This document shows positions 49,822 to 60,418 of a stretch of 64,000 nucleotides of DNA, in pieces. Numbering within the stretch: position 1 is the stretch's first letter; each line of letters starts with the position of its first letter. The notes below the pieces were generated by a model that saw only the letters and a list, made by a program, of their open reading frames with translations, searched no databases and was not told the DNA's origin. Origin of the DNA: Nitrosopumilaceae archaeon (GTDB taxonomy: Archaea; Thermoproteota; Nitrososphaeria; Nitrososphaerales; Nitrosopumilaceae). Where the stretch lies: the NCBI GenBank assembly GCA_965208905.1, contig OZ242365.1, positions 640,001 to 704,000 of the forward strand, read 5' to 3'. The position numbers were made by a program, and so were the translations under genes.

Positions 49822-51579
49822 TTACTTTTCAGATGTAATGACAGGTATTGTTGTATTATTCTTGACATCAATTAATCCATTGCTCTGTATTCGTATATGG
49901 GGCAGTGCCAAAAACGGCAAGAATAACGGTATCAGATGAGGTTCCTCATATGTACATCCTAATTTTTTAAACGACTCTCGTACCTCTACAAACTGCTCAG
50001 CTACATCACCCATCTTCGTATCGGATATTATTCCTGCTATGGGCAATGGCATATGTGCATGGGCATCTCCCTGTATCACTGTGGCTGTACCCCCACCTGA
50101 TCTGATGAGTAAGTTTATAGCTGTAGCCATATCTGAATCACTATTCCCTATTGCAATGATATCATTGTCGTGAAATGTAGCAGTGGTGGCCATGCCGCCA
50201 TACCCTGTACCAAAATTTTCCAAGAACCCTAATGTCTTTTGTGTACCATCGCGCTTGATCGCAGCCACCTTCCACACTGTATCTGTGGTGCATACCCTTT
50301 CATTCTGTATGGGTAATGTGGCATTTCCCAGTTTTGTTATAATTTCGGTCCGCAGTTGTATGGTGTTGACTGCTACCTCATCACCCCGAGCATGAATGGC
50401 TAGGTCCGTCTCGTATAACGTGTCGACACCCACTGTCTCATAAAGCCATTGAGGCACTTTGATGGTCTGATTATGTTTAGCGGGCCTGTGGCCATCTATT
50501 ATGGTGGTGTGTATGTCGAATGACTCTATATTGTTTAGTAATATTATGTCTGCCAGTCGTCCGACCGATATGCCGCCCAACATGTGATCCATCCTGTAGT
50601 ATCGAAAGATATTGAGGCTTGCCATGGAGATGACCTGTACTGGATTTATACCTGCCCTTATGGCCTCTCGAACACAATGGTCCATGTGGCCTGCCTGCAT
50701 GTCTGTTGGATTTAATCCGTCCGTGCACAACATCAGTCTACTTGTGTCTATACCTTTTGATGAGATCTCTTTTAGTATGTCGTAGAGATCTCGTCTTATT
50801 GAACCCTCGCGTGCCATGACGTACATGCCCATCCTTAGTCGTTCTATGGTTTGGTCATAATTGATGGGTTCATGACATGATGCTATTCCAGACGCTGCAT
50901 ACATTGCTAACTTTGTACCTGACATGCCTGCTGTATGACCATTGATCATACCTCCTAACTCTTGCACCTCCGCCATATTTTGTATTGTAGCGTTATCTTG
51001 TTTGGTTACCTTGGTCCATGCAAACACCTCCCCCATACCAAATATGTCATCTCGTCCCATCAATTGGCCTATCTGCTCTGGCGTTATGCCTTTTGCATTA
51101 CTTAGTCTTGGGTCTACTGGCACACCACCTGGTATGCAATTAAAGACTCGAACCTGTGCCATCTTACATATATCCGCAAACCAGACCAAGCCATCATATC
51201 CACATATGCTGGTTATGTCTACCGGGTCTGAAAACAGGGTGGTGGTGCCATGTTGTATAGCGTATTTGGCTATATCATTGGGCAGTACAAACTGATCTAT
51301 GTGTATATGTGGGTCTGCAAGAGCAGGAGCGGCATATTTGCCTTTGGCATCTATTATGCGAGTCTCTCTTCCTGTAACGTGTGATGCATCCGGACCCACA
51401 TATGATATGCGCGATTTGTATATTGCAATATCAATATCAGGTATTATCTCTCCGGTGTACACTGATACCAAAGAGCAACCCTTTATTACAACTTGAGACT
51501 TTCTCTCCCCTGACACTGCTTGGACTAACTCTGAAATTTCAGTTTGCTGCACTATACACTGTTGAGTATCATTATACAA
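49822..51579 (-). CDS. ade: Adenine deaminase (amidohydrolase superfamily)
   Basis: DPHIHID, GHTAG, SCHE, REGS, LCTDG, G.LADI, C-terminal HD domain. Confidence 0.85.
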   Translation of the reverse strand: MYNDTQQCIVQQTEISELVQAVSGERKSQVVIKGCSLVSVYTGEIIPDIDIAIYKSRISYVGPDASHVTGRETRIIDAKGKYAAPALADPHIHIDQFVLPNDIAKYAIQHGTTTLFSDPVDITSICGYDGLVWFADICKMAQVRVFNCIPGGVPVDPRLSNAKGITPEQIGQLMGRDDIFGMGEVFAWTKVTKQDNATIQNMAEVQELGGMINGHTAGMSGTKLAMYAASGIASCHEPINYDQTIERLRMGMYVMAREGSIRRDLYDILKEISSKGIDTSRLMLCTDGLNPTDMQAGHMDHCVREAIRAGINPVQVISMASLNIFRYYRMDHMLGGISVGRLADIILLNNIESFDIHTTIIDGHRPAKHNQTIKVPQWLYETVGVDTLYETDLAIHARGDEVAVNTIQLRTEIITKLGNATLPIQNERVCTTDTVWKVAAIKRDGTQKTLGFLENFGTGYGGMATTATFHDNDIIAIGNSDSDMATAINLLIRSGGGTATVIQGDAHAHMPLPIAGIISDTKMGDVAEQFVEVRESFKKLGCTYEEPHLIPLFLPFLALPHIRIQSNGLIDVKNNTTIPVITSEK

Positions 51580-51586
51580 AAAGCTA

Positions 51587-52207
51587 TCATTGAAAGTCGT
51601 TGTGAGAGAATATGTATTGAAAACTGCCCTCTTCTTCTAGTGCCATCTTGTGCTCCTTATCTCCCCGAAACAAGACACACATTGTACCGATATAGTCTAT
51701 ATTTTGATCTTTAATTGCGCGTATGGCCTTAAGAGATGACCCCCCACTTGTAATTACATCATCTAGTATCATGACCGGAGGCGCTGGTCTTCCTTCTATT
51801 GTGTTGCCTGTTCCATGACCCTTGATATCTTTGCGCACATAAAACCACTCTAAGGGTGCAGTACTCTTCTGTGCAAGACTCATACATGATGTAGCTACTG
51901 ATAATGGAATTGCTCCTGACTCTAGTCCGCCAATTGATGCTGTGTCTGTTTTTTGTATCATCTTGTATAAGAGGGCGGCGGCTAACGCAAGCCCATCAGA
52001 CCCTAGATTTTTTATATTAAAGTATTCGGAGCTTGTTATGCCCGAGGCCAGCTTAAATGGTTTATCGGATTTTATCCAGACTCGTTCTTTTATTATATTG
52101 TAAAGGCCGTCTTTGAGATCTATAAATTTTGTTGATTTTAAGTCATCAATAAATGGATTCATCATACTCACCAATGTAATATCATTTAAAATAGCTTCCC
52201 ACCGCAA
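51587..52207 (-). CDS. pyrE: Orotate phosphoribosyltransferase
   Basis: FKLASG..S.Y, GGLESGAIP, RK..KGHG, ILDDVITSGGS PRPP motif. Confidence 0.85.
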   Translation of the reverse strand: MRWEAILNDITLVSMMNPFIDDLKSTKFIDLKDGLYNIIKERVWIKSDKPFKLASGITSSEYFNIKNLGSDGLALAAALLYKMIQKTDTASIGGLESGAIPLSVATSCMSLAQKSTAPLEWFYVRKDIKGHGTGNTIEGRPAPPVMILDDVITSGGSSLKAIRAIKDQNIDYIGTMCVLFRGDKEHKMALEEEGSFQYIFSHNDFQ

Positions 52208-52949
52208 ATATACATACCTCTTGATGATGTTCCAAAGGTCTAATCTGGCTGTAAATAAATTACAATCTTGTCAGAACCAATCTTATCTGTGTTGGCGATA
52301 TTAAAATTACATTTTTGCGTTTTAATTATTTTTTATTTTAACTCTAATAGTGCATGTGTATTACCGAGCCTCCTAAATGAGTACAACAACTGGTATTATA
52401 TGCGCTAAGTTTTTTATAATAATAAATTCTTAGCACGATTATGTGCAATTGATGATCTTAATATTATATATTTTTTTGACTACTGATTAAATTTTCTTGT
52501 ATATGCCGCAATGGATAAATTTGTGTACCAACAATGAACTATTTTTTGTGTATATTAAAATATGCCATTTTTATTGGCATTTAGTAGGATAAGATTATAC
52601 CACTAAATACTAATTTTGTTATAATGTCCAGTAAATAGTGAAAAACGAACTAAGACGTTATTGAACATACTCCTGATGCGATGCTGTGTTTGCTTTTGAT
52701 ACATCATGTATGTGATTACAAAATAAAGCCAAAATAAGCAACAAAAATGTTGTTCAAAAGCAAGTCAATATGCCATAATGTAGTGACAAAAATATTCTGT
52801 AAATGTAGTAGCATGACCTTACATACATAATTTGGACTGCTCTGGCCAGAACGGGATAGGGCCACCTATATTGTATAATTATACATAACCCCACTTTTTT
52901 TATGAGGGATGACTTGTCAACCCCATGAGTGGTTGGGGTATGATATGAT

Positions 52950-54455
52950 CTATTTGCCGTTTGTTATGCCAAAGATACGCCGGAAGTACTCCGAGTTCTC
53001 ATGCGGCTCTTCAGTATCATCAATGCCCGCCAGCTTCTTGGCTAGATTCTTCTTGTAGCCAAGCTGCATCTGACGTTGTATCTGAATACGTTGCGCCTGT
53101 GGGGAGCCAGCACCATGCATAGACTCGGTGAGGTATCCCACAGCGTTTCTGCCCATCGTCATATTCTCTATCAATCTAAGTATCCTGGCGCGACTCTCTA
53201 CATCCACACCCTTGCGCCCAACAAAGTACTTGCGCAAAAGCTTGCCTATCTCTGGATCCTTAAAGTCCTGCTCAGCAGGTAGTGTGACTAGAAGACCTCC
53301 AGCTACATCTTGCGCACGTCGCGCAATCTCGTACGGGAACCGTGTGACGTTATGTTTGCAGACCTGCGCCAACATATCATCATTGAGATATACACCAGAC
53401 TTCATGGGATGCGCCAGAAATGAGGATGACGTGCCACAACCAAATATCGTCTCGTTTAGATGGTTCATCTCTACCAATTTGTCCCGTATATGTGACACCT
53501 TGGGTACGCCATTATAGTCTGCAATGACGCCCGCAGCACCTATCAACACATCCCCCACTCCGGTCTTACAGACATAACTACGTCTATGATAACATGTGAA
53601 TCTCTCTACCAACATCGCGGCAAACTCCCACTCACCATGCATAAACACATACTCCCATGGAATAAAGACACGATCCATAATCAGTGTGGCTTCCTGTCCT
53701 CCATACTGCTCGTTGCCCACATCAATATCGCCACCCTCCATGGAGCGGGTATCACAGGACTGCCTACCGTATACGTATATTATGCCGGGTGCGTCGGCTC
53801 GAAATGCACCCACTATGGCGTAGTCGCGGTCATCCTCGGCGAGCCTTATGGTTGGCATTATTATTATCCAGTGTGAGTTAATGCAACCGGTCTGATGGGC
53901 CTTGGCACCTGTCACGTATATGCCCTTCTCGTCTGCATCTACTACGTGCGTATACATATCCGGGTCGGCCTGCTCGGATGGGGTCTTGCTGCGGTCACCC
54001 TTTGTATCTGTCATGGCGCCACCAATGACCTCATTTGTCTCCTGCACCATGCGCACAAAGTCCAAGAATCGTTTGTGATAGTTGGTGTTGTGCTTCTCAT
54101 CTATCTCATAGGTTACAGAGTGCAATGCATTGAGCGCGTCCATACCCACACACCTCTGAAAACACGTACCAGTATTCTGGCCTAATTTACGCTGCATTAA
54201 ATTCTGTCGTACCAAATCCTGAGCGCTCTCTGCAATGTGTAGAAAGCGGTTCACCCTCTTCCCAGCTATCTTGGACTCAGCAGTGGCTAACTCTTCCTCC
54301 CGAACTGCTAAATCATAAGTCTCAGCGACTGCATTTATGGAGGGGCGTACCATGGGGTGGTCCACAGGTTCATCCACCCACTCTCCCAAAATACGTACTT
54401 TCAGGTTGCGTCCACGCAGGCTCTCTATATAGTCAGCACCTGTGCGTATGCCCAT
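52950..54455 (-). CDS. abfD: 4-hydroxybutyryl-CoA dehydratase / vinylacetyl-CoA isomerase (3HP/4HB carbon fixation cycle)
   Basis: TGTCFQRCVGMD, GAMTD.KGDRS, GAKAHQTG, YHRRSYVCK, ESMHGAGSPQAQ. Confidence 0.95.
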   Translation of the reverse strand: MGIRTGADYIESLRGRNLKVRILGEWVDEPVDHPMVRPSINAVAETYDLAVREEELATAESKIAGKRVNRFLHIAESAQDLVRQNLMQRKLGQNTGTCFQRCVGMDALNALHSVTYEIDEKHNTNYHKRFLDFVRMVQETNEVIGGAMTDTKGDRSKTPSEQADPDMYTHVVDADEKGIYVTGAKAHQTGCINSHWIIIMPTIRLAEDDRDYAIVGAFRADAPGIIYVYGRQSCDTRSMEGGDIDVGNEQYGGQEATLIMDRVFIPWEYVFMHGEWEFAAMLVERFTCYHRRSYVCKTGVGDVLIGAAGVIADYNGVPKVSHIRDKLVEMNHLNETIFGCGTSSSFLAHPMKSGVYLNDDMLAQVCKHNVTRFPYEIARRAQDVAGGLLVTLPAEQDFKDPEIGKLLRKYFVGRKGVDVESRARILRLIENMTMGRNAVGYLTESMHGAGSPQAQRIQIQRQMQLGYKKNLAKKLAGIDDTEEPHENSEYFRRIFGITNGK

Positions 54456-54589
54456 ACTATATCTATATGGAAAGACCTATAAAAATTACAGTGTTGACTC
54501 GTTACAGTGACTTAAAAGTATGCAGAGTTGACTTTGGTATGTGATAGGTTTCATCTATGCTTAAATTACTCTTCTAAACAGAGTGTATT

Positions 54590-54871
54590 ATGAACATACC
54601 AAAGACCATCCGCCGCTACTGTCCTAAATGCGACACGCACACAGAACAAAAGATATCCATCTATAAGGCAGGTAAGAGGCGAGGGTCTGCGCGAGGAGAG
54701 CGACGCCACGCTGAGCGCAAGCATGGGTATGGCGGGCAAAAGTTTCCAAAACTAGCAAAGCCTGCCAAGGTAACAAAAAAAGTTACTCCCCTGTTAACCT
54801 GCTCTATATGTAAAAAGAAGTTCAACACGTATGGTATACGCATTAAAAAGTTTGAGTTGGTGGCCGCATGA
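54590..54871 (+). CDS. rpl44e: 50S ribosomal protein L44e
   Basis: YCPKC..HT, GYGGQKFP, KVTKK..C..C. Confidence 0.97.
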   Translation: MNIPKTIRRYCPKCDTHTEQKISIYKAGKRRGSARGERRHAERKHGYGGQKFPKLAKPAKVTKKVTPLLTCSICKKKFNTYGIRIKKFELVAA

Positions 54872-55065
54872 AGAAAGATCATCAACTTATTCCCAAACCT
54901 TCCAGTAAATTTCAGAAGGTGTCATGTCAGGAATGCCAAGAGGTACAAGTGGTATATTCACATGCCACTACGCCGGTGATATGTAACTCTTGTGGCAACG
55001 CACTAACAAAATCTACCGGTTCCAAGACTATTGTATTCGGCCAGATTGTGGGTAGCGTCGAGTAA
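54868..55065 (+). CDS. rps27e: 30S ribosomal protein S27e
   Basis: PSSKF.KV.CQEC..Q.VYSHA....CNSCG..L...TG. Confidence 0.95.
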   Translation: MKKDHQLIPKPSSKFQKVSCQECQEVQVVYSHATTPVICNSCGNALTKSTGSKTIVFGQIVGSVE

Positions 55066-55617
55066 CGCCCAGTCTTGTGGTGTATTTAGGTTGGCGGCTA
55101 CACGCATGTCATTTATTATTATGCGTCTTGTGGGAGTGGAGAATCTACGACTAGGCTTGACCATGGATACTCCTGTGTATCTACATAATGTATCATTATG
55201 TGTAATAGTTATACCCGGCGAGAGACGCAGCATGGCCGCATACTTTTCTGTAATCAGTATCTCTGTCCAGTGACACTCATCGTATAGTTTTGACATATGT
55301 GATATTATCTCCGCATCTATGCACGGCAAGTCTCCAGGAAGTATCATCACTGGATATAACAACTGATCAAGCGCATATGATAAATCTACAGAGTACCCTT
55401 TACCTCTGGTCTCTATGACATCTATGTCATATTTTTGTAGTATCTGATATGTTCTAGGCGAACACTTGCTGGCCGCTACATATATGGTACTTATCTGTGG
55501 AGACTGCATTAGGGCATCAACCACACGTAATATGATGGGCCTATCCTTGGGTACGGATAACTTTTCAAGGTTATTTGTTCGTGTACTACTGCCTCCAGCC
55601 ATTATTAGACCGATCAT
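55003..55617 (-). CDS. cobY: GTP:adenosylcobinamide-phosphate guanylyltransferase (NTP transferase)
   Basis: LIMAGG..TR..EK, GY..DL, PGDLP, NLNT..D; in the cob cluster. Confidence 0.8.
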   Translation of the reverse strand: MIGLIMAGGSSTRTNNLEKLSVPKDRPIILRVVDALMQSPQISTIYVAASKCSPRTYQILQKYDIDVIETRGKGYSVDLSYALDQLLYPVMILPGDLPCIDAEIISHMSKLYDECHWTEILITEKYAAMLRLSPGITITHNDTLCRYTGVSMVKPSRRFSTPTRRIIINDMRVAANLNTPQDWALLDATHNLAEYNSLGTGRFC

Positions 55618-56324
55618 ATTGAGACAACCACTGCTATCGAGACTGCCCTACTTGCCTCGTTTATGGCGCCAAATACATCGCCGGTCATACCATGTATGGT
55701 GCGTTTTGCTATGTATAGTATTGTAATAGATGTCAGTACGCCTGCGAGCATGGGCAATACCATATGTGGCGCAAATATGACCGGTACGACCCACCATGCC
55801 GTAGATATGATTAACTGCCGTCTGTTCATATTTGCGCAGAATGTGGCCCCTGAACCTCCAGCTGCAGGCCTTCCCAAATACGATGCTACTATCATGGAGT
55901 ATTTGGCGGCCACCTCAGCTACAATTATGGCTACAAATATCTCCATGCCGCCTACCTGTGATGCTGATGCCAAGAAACAAGCGATGCATAGTATCACTGC
56001 GGTTATGCCACCAGTACCCACCATCTTGTCCCGCATTATCTGTAGTCTCTTCTTGGAATCGCCCCGGCCCATCAAACCATCGACAAAGTCTGCCAAGCCA
56101 TCTGTATGGTGTAGCCCGGTTATTATGGAGAGTGTTGCTAGAGCTGCAACTGCCGCCAAGAGAGGCTCTGCGTACAATGATACTATCCATCCGACGCCCC
56201 CACTTATGACACCTAATAGTAGTCCGACCACCGGAAACCAGTGTTGCGATGTTGATACCTTCTCTAAACTACCATGCCTCACAGGTATTATACTCAGAAA
56301 TGAGATTGCATCTACAAGACCCAT
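55614..56324 (-). CDS. cobS: Adenosylcobinamide-GDP ribazoletransferase (cobalamin synthase)
   Basis: FLSIIP, TGLHHTDGLADFVDG, IMRD..VG..G, GMTGDVFGA..E. Confidence 0.92.
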   Translation of the reverse strand: MGLVDAISFLSIIPVRHGSLEKVSTSQHWFPVVGLLLGVISGGVGWIVSLYAEPLLAAVAALATLSIITGLHHTDGLADFVDGLMGRGDSKKRLQIMRDKMVGTGGITAVILCIACFLASASQVGGMEIFVAIIVAEVAAKYSMIVASYLGRPAAGGSGATFCANMNRRQLIISTAWWVVPVIFAPHMVLPMLAGVLTSITILYIAKRTIHGMTGDVFGAINEASRAVSIAVVVSI

Positions 56325-57280
56325 TGCCACACCTGAGCCATTACATATGTTATACCACAGGCTATGCCGCCAAAGATATAGGACGTACACTTCATTATAC
56401 GAATGGAGTCTCTGATATCTTTTACATTAGCCTCCCGGCCAGAACCAACTGAATACTTGCCTGGCTTTTCCAGTGTAATGTTCAGCGCCCCGGCCATGGC
56501 AGAGATTGTATATCCGGAGTTTAGACTATCTGGTTTATTGTGATGTGTACGTATTGTGCTGTACGCGCCCCTGTAGTCGTACCGTAGTATGAGGGCCGAC
56601 AAGACCATGACATATGCGGTTATGCGCGCTGGGGCCCATCCTAGTATTGTATCGCAGTGGGCGCCAAACCATCCTACCTTCTCAAAGATATATGAGCGGT
56701 ATCCCGCCATGGAGTCTATGGTGTTTATGGTTCTAGATATGAGGGCTCCTACCACACCAAAGAGTCCCATGTAGAATAGTGGGGCGGTTGTGCCATCTGT
56801 TGTATTCTCTGCGACACTCTCTATGGTCCCTGAGCATATCTGACTGGCGGATAGATTGGCAGTGTCTCGCTTTACTATGCATGCCAAAGCAGCTTTGGCC
56901 TGCGTATCATTGGTTGTAACACGATTATACACTAGTATGGCGTGCCTCTCCATACCTCGTATTGATATCGTACTCTTCAGTATAAGTATGGATATTATAA
57001 TGTACAAGAATGGTATCAACAACTCGACAATATATACAAGTATGATTGCCGCCGTTGCCACCATACAACACGATGCTACAACTACTATTACGCCCCAATA
57101 TCTCTGCCGTCTGTAGGGTACCATTACTGCTATTATTTTGCCCACCCAGGCAGTTGGATGGTACCTATTTGGCGGATCACCCAGTGTAATATCTAACAGT
57201 ATTGCTCCTAATATTATGCCACATGGTATGGGCCAATATACATCTGGTATTATTATCATGCTATATGGTCCAGAATACAC
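56312..57280 (-). CDS. cbiB: Adenosylcobinamide-phosphate synthase CbiB
   Basis: LGDPP..HP, ESVAEN..DG..APLFY, NTIDSMAGY, S.NSG. Confidence 0.92.
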   Translation of the reverse strand: MYSGPYSMIIIPDVYWPIPCGIILGAILLDITLGDPPNRYHPTAWVGKIIAVMVPYRRQRYWGVIVVVASCCMVATAAIILVYIVELLIPFLYIIISILILKSTISIRGMERHAILVYNRVTTNDTQAKAALACIVKRDTANLSASQICSGTIESVAENTTDGTTAPLFYMGLFGVVGALISRTINTIDSMAGYRSYIFEKVGWFGAHCDTILGWAPARITAYVMVLSALILRYDYRGAYSTIRTHHNKPDSLNSGYTISAMAGALNITLEKPGKYSVGSGREANVKDIRDSIRIMKCTSYIFGGIACGITYVMAQVWQWVL

Positions 57281-58080
57281 TGCATATTGATATTATCTTT
57301 TATAGTCTTTGATATGGACTTGATGGCCTGCTCTGTGGATACTGTGGTATCATGATAGTCCAGAGAGTCTTCGGAGGGTAGTTGTACGTCTGTGTATGGT
57401 ATTACTCCTATGGTATCAATACTGGTGACTCTTTTGACATGCTGTATCCCGGCATCTAGTATGCTGACATCCCCTCGAAATTTGTTTATTATAAAACCCG
57501 CCACCATTTTGGCGTGATGTTTGGGTAGTAGTGACACTGTACCTATCATCTGCGCAAAACATCCTCCCCTTTCAATATCTGCGGTTATTATCACAGAGGC
57601 GTTGGCTATGTCTGCCATGGTCATATTTGCCATGTCAAATGGTATGTTTATCTCGGCCGGCGAGCCGGCCCCCTCTAATATTATGACATCATGTCTCTGT
57701 TGTAGACTTTTAAAAGCAGCCGTAGCTACCCGTATACCTTCGGCCTCTGCATACTTGTAGTATGTATGCGTGTCCATAACGCCTCTACTCTCTCCCATCT
57801 GAAAGACTTCACTTGATGTCTCATTATATGGTACTAATAGTATGGGGTTTATCTCTGGTGTTACTGTGCAACGCGCCGCCTGTGCTTGTATGGCTTGGGC
57901 ACGAGACATCTTTAATGTATCATACGTGAATGAGGACATGTTCTGTGATTTGAATGGTGCTACATCATAATTCATGTCTGATAGTATGCGGCAGAGCGCC
58001 GTTACCAGTGTGCTCTTGCCGGCCCCAGACATGGTTCCCTGTATCATTATACACGGCATGATTCTATCAATTGCTCGCAT
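57256..58080 (-). CDS. cobQ: Cobyric acid synthase, synthetase domain only (short form)
   Basis: QGTMSGAGKS, PFKSQNMS, EGAGSPAEIN, DIERGG, NKFRGD, LPSEDS; no GATase domain. Confidence 0.9.
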   Translation of the reverse strand: MRAIDRIMPCIMIQGTMSGAGKSTLVTALCRILSDMNYDVAPFKSQNMSSFTYDTLKMSRAQAIQAQAARCTVTPEINPILLVPYNETSSEVFQMGESRGVMDTHTYYKYAEAEGIRVATAAFKSLQQRHDVIILEGAGSPAEINIPFDMANMTMADIANASVIITADIERGGCFAQMIGTVSLLPKHHAKMVAGFIINKFRGDVSILDAGIQHVKRVTSIDTIGVIPYTDVQLPSEDSLDYHDTTVSTEQAIKSISKTIKDNINMQCILDHIA

Positions 58081-59084
58081 AGTATTTTGTTTTTGTCATG
58101 GGTCTTTGTGGATATGCGTATATGATACGGCATGCCAAAACTAGTGCAGTCCCGAACCAGTATTTTGCGTTTGAGGAGTTTATTTTGTATTGTAGTGGCT
58201 AGCTGTTTGGTACGAATGACCATGTAGTTTGCATCTGAGCGTATGGGTTCCATGTATGGGGATTCAGATAATATATTATACATAAACGGCATCTGCGTGC
58301 GTATTATTTGATGTGCGTCTGTAATATGTTCTGGATGTTTTAGTGCCTCTTTGGCAGCTGTCTGCGCAACCGTACCTATACACCAGGGTATGCGATACTG
58401 TCGTATCCCTTTTGTTATCGTATCATTTGCAATACAGTATCCGACTCTTAGTCCTGCCAGACCAAATGATTTGGTCATTGTCCGTATTATGACTAGATTG
58501 GCATAACGTTTTACATACTTCAGTACGGATTCATCTCTGTCTGGAGTTAACTCTATGAAACATTCATCAACTACCACTGTACAGTTGGCATCCTTACCTG
58601 CCTTTATTATGTCATGTATGGTGCTGTGGCATGCCAGTCTGCCTGTGGGGGCTGATGGGTTACAGACAAAGACGCAGCCATCTTGCGGTATTGCCTGAAT
58701 AAATTTATCCTTGTCTCTTGTTATGTTGTCTGTCTGTTGTAATATTGTGTTACAGTTGTATAATTTGGCAGCAGTTACGTACTCTCCAAATATGGGGAAC
58801 TGTATCAGGACAGGTTTTTGTGTCATATGTCTACATATGTTGTATATTGTATCGGTGGCGCCATTTGTTGCCGTTACATACTCGGGTTTTATGCCCAAAT
58901 ATTTGGATATATCTTGCTCCAATGATGTATTGTAAATATCCGGATACTCGGTGGATTGATCTAATACATCTCTTAATGTATTGTATATTGTATGATGCAT
59001 ACCCAGCGGATTCACACTGGTGCTGTAGTCTGTGATATCTTCCAGCCCCATACTACGTGCTCCCCCATGTGTAGTCCCTGTCAT
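58047..59084 (-). CDS. cobD: L-threonine-O-3-phosphate decarboxylase (PLP class I/II aminotransferase)
   Basis: HGG, DYS.SVNP, NGATD, CNPSAPTG, VDECF, RTMTKSFGLAGLRVGY; start reassigned to 59084. Confidence 0.85.
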   Translation of the reverse strand: MTGTTHGGARSMGLEDITDYSTSVNPLGMHHTIYNTLRDVLDQSTEYPDIYNTSLEQDISKYLGIKPEYVTATNGATDTIYNICRHMTQKPVLIQFPIFGEYVTAAKLYNCNTILQQTDNITRDKDKFIQAIPQDGCVFVCNPSAPTGRLACHSTIHDIIKAGKDANCTVVVDECFIELTPDRDESVLKYVKRYANLVIIRTMTKSFGLAGLRVGYCIANDTITKGIRQYRIPWCIGTVAQTAAKEALKHPEHITDAHQIIRTQMPFMYNILSESPYMEPIRSDANYMVIRTKQLATTIQNKLLKRKILVRDCTSFGMPYHIRISTKTHDKNKILCEQLIESCRV

Positions 59085-59213
59085 GATATGTTGTGTACGT
59101 ATTGTATCGGCTTTAAGGTAATTGCGCATGGCACTGTACAGACACTGTACAGGCGCAGATACAATGCTATAGAAAAGAGTAGAATTATTAAACGATTTTT
59201 TAATTACCATATT

Positions 59214-60290
59214 ATGAAGAAACGCGTAGCCATCATAGGTGCCACTGGCGCTGTTGGCCAGGAATTTATCCAGTCTCTGGACGGACATGAATGGTTTGAA
59301 GTAACACAGATTGCGGCCTCTGAACGCTCTGCGGGCAAAACCTACGTGGAAGCCATACGGGATGGCAATACTGGCATAATATCTTGGGATATGGATGGCG
59401 AGATTCCAGAATATATAAAAAATATGAAGGTTAGAGCCGTTGATGAGGTAGATGTCTCGACACTGGACTTGATATTCTCTGCAGTGGAGGATGCATCTGC
59501 CAAAGATATAGAGACAAAGTTTGCTAAGGATTTGCCTGTGATATCTACAAGTTCTGCGTACAGATACGAGGATGATGTTCCCATACTGATACCTGGTATT
59601 AACGATGACCATGCAGAGCTGTTGGAAACACAGAAGAAGAACCGCTCCTGGAATGGCTGGGTTGCACCTCTGCCTAACTGCACAACTACGGGTTTAGTTA
59701 TAACGCTAAAACCACTTTTGGATGAGTATGGCGCCAAGAAGGTGATGATGACCTCCATGCAGGCCATATCTGGTGGTGGTATGACCGGAGTGGCCGCCAT
59801 GGGAATTACAGATAATATACTGCCTTACATACCAAAGGAGGAGCATAAGGTGCGCGTTGAGACCCGCAAGATACTGGGTCAATTAAACGGAGACAAGATA
59901 GATGAGGCTGACATACGCGTGAGCTGTACATGTACTAGGGTTCCTGTACTTGATGGTCACACCGAGTCTGTCTTTGTAGAGACCTCCAAGGATGTAGATC
60001 CTGAATCTGCTGAGCAGACATACGACAGATACAACTCTGATGTATCAACAATCGGACTGCCCTCGGCACCAGAGAAATACTTTGCCGTTCACAAAGACCC
60101 CACACGTCCACAACCGCGTCTGGAGAGAGCCGTGGGTGATGGCATGACAACTACAATTGGCCGCTTGGAGAGAGAGGAACTCTTCGATAAGGGGCTTAAA
60201 TACATGCTCTTCTCACACAACAAAAAGATGGGCTCTGCCAAAGGGGCCGTACTATTGGCTGAGATGCTCTACAAGAAGAACAAAATATAA
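59214..60290 (+). CDS. asd: Aspartate-semialdehyde dehydrogenase
   Basis: GATGAVGQ, PNCTT, QAISGGG, CTRVPVLDGH, HN...GSAKGA; start at ATG 59214. Confidence 0.96.
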   Translation: MKKRVAIIGATGAVGQEFIQSLDGHEWFEVTQIAASERSAGKTYVEAIRDGNTGIISWDMDGEIPEYIKNMKVRAVDEVDVSTLDLIFSAVEDASAKDIETKFAKDLPVISTSSAYRYEDDVPILIPGINDDHAELLETQKKNRSWNGWVAPLPNCTTTGLVITLKPLLDEYGAKKVMMTSMQAISGGGMTGVAAMGITDNILPYIPKEEHKVRVETRKILGQLNGDKIDEADIRVSCTCTRVPVLDGHTESVFVETSKDVDPESAEQTYDRYNSDVSTIGLPSAPEKYFAVHKDPTRPQPRLERAVGDGMTTTIGRLEREELFDKGLKYMLFSHNKKMGSAKGAVLLAEMLYKKNKI

Positions 60291-60418
60291 AATCCATATC
60301 ACGTTTGTAATAGAATTACATCAGCGTGTCTCCGCCACCGTACGTCATCTATGAGCAACATTCGCACAGGGTTTTCAATAATAATTTGGATAAGCGTGTC
60401 CAAACTATGCGCCACACC

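Noticed and set aside
58047-60290. Long overlapping N-terminal extensions of cobD (to 59612) and asd (from 58992), and of the HD gene (from 18845)
   Set aside because: These are ORF-caller extensions; family motifs begin at 59084, 59214 and 19013
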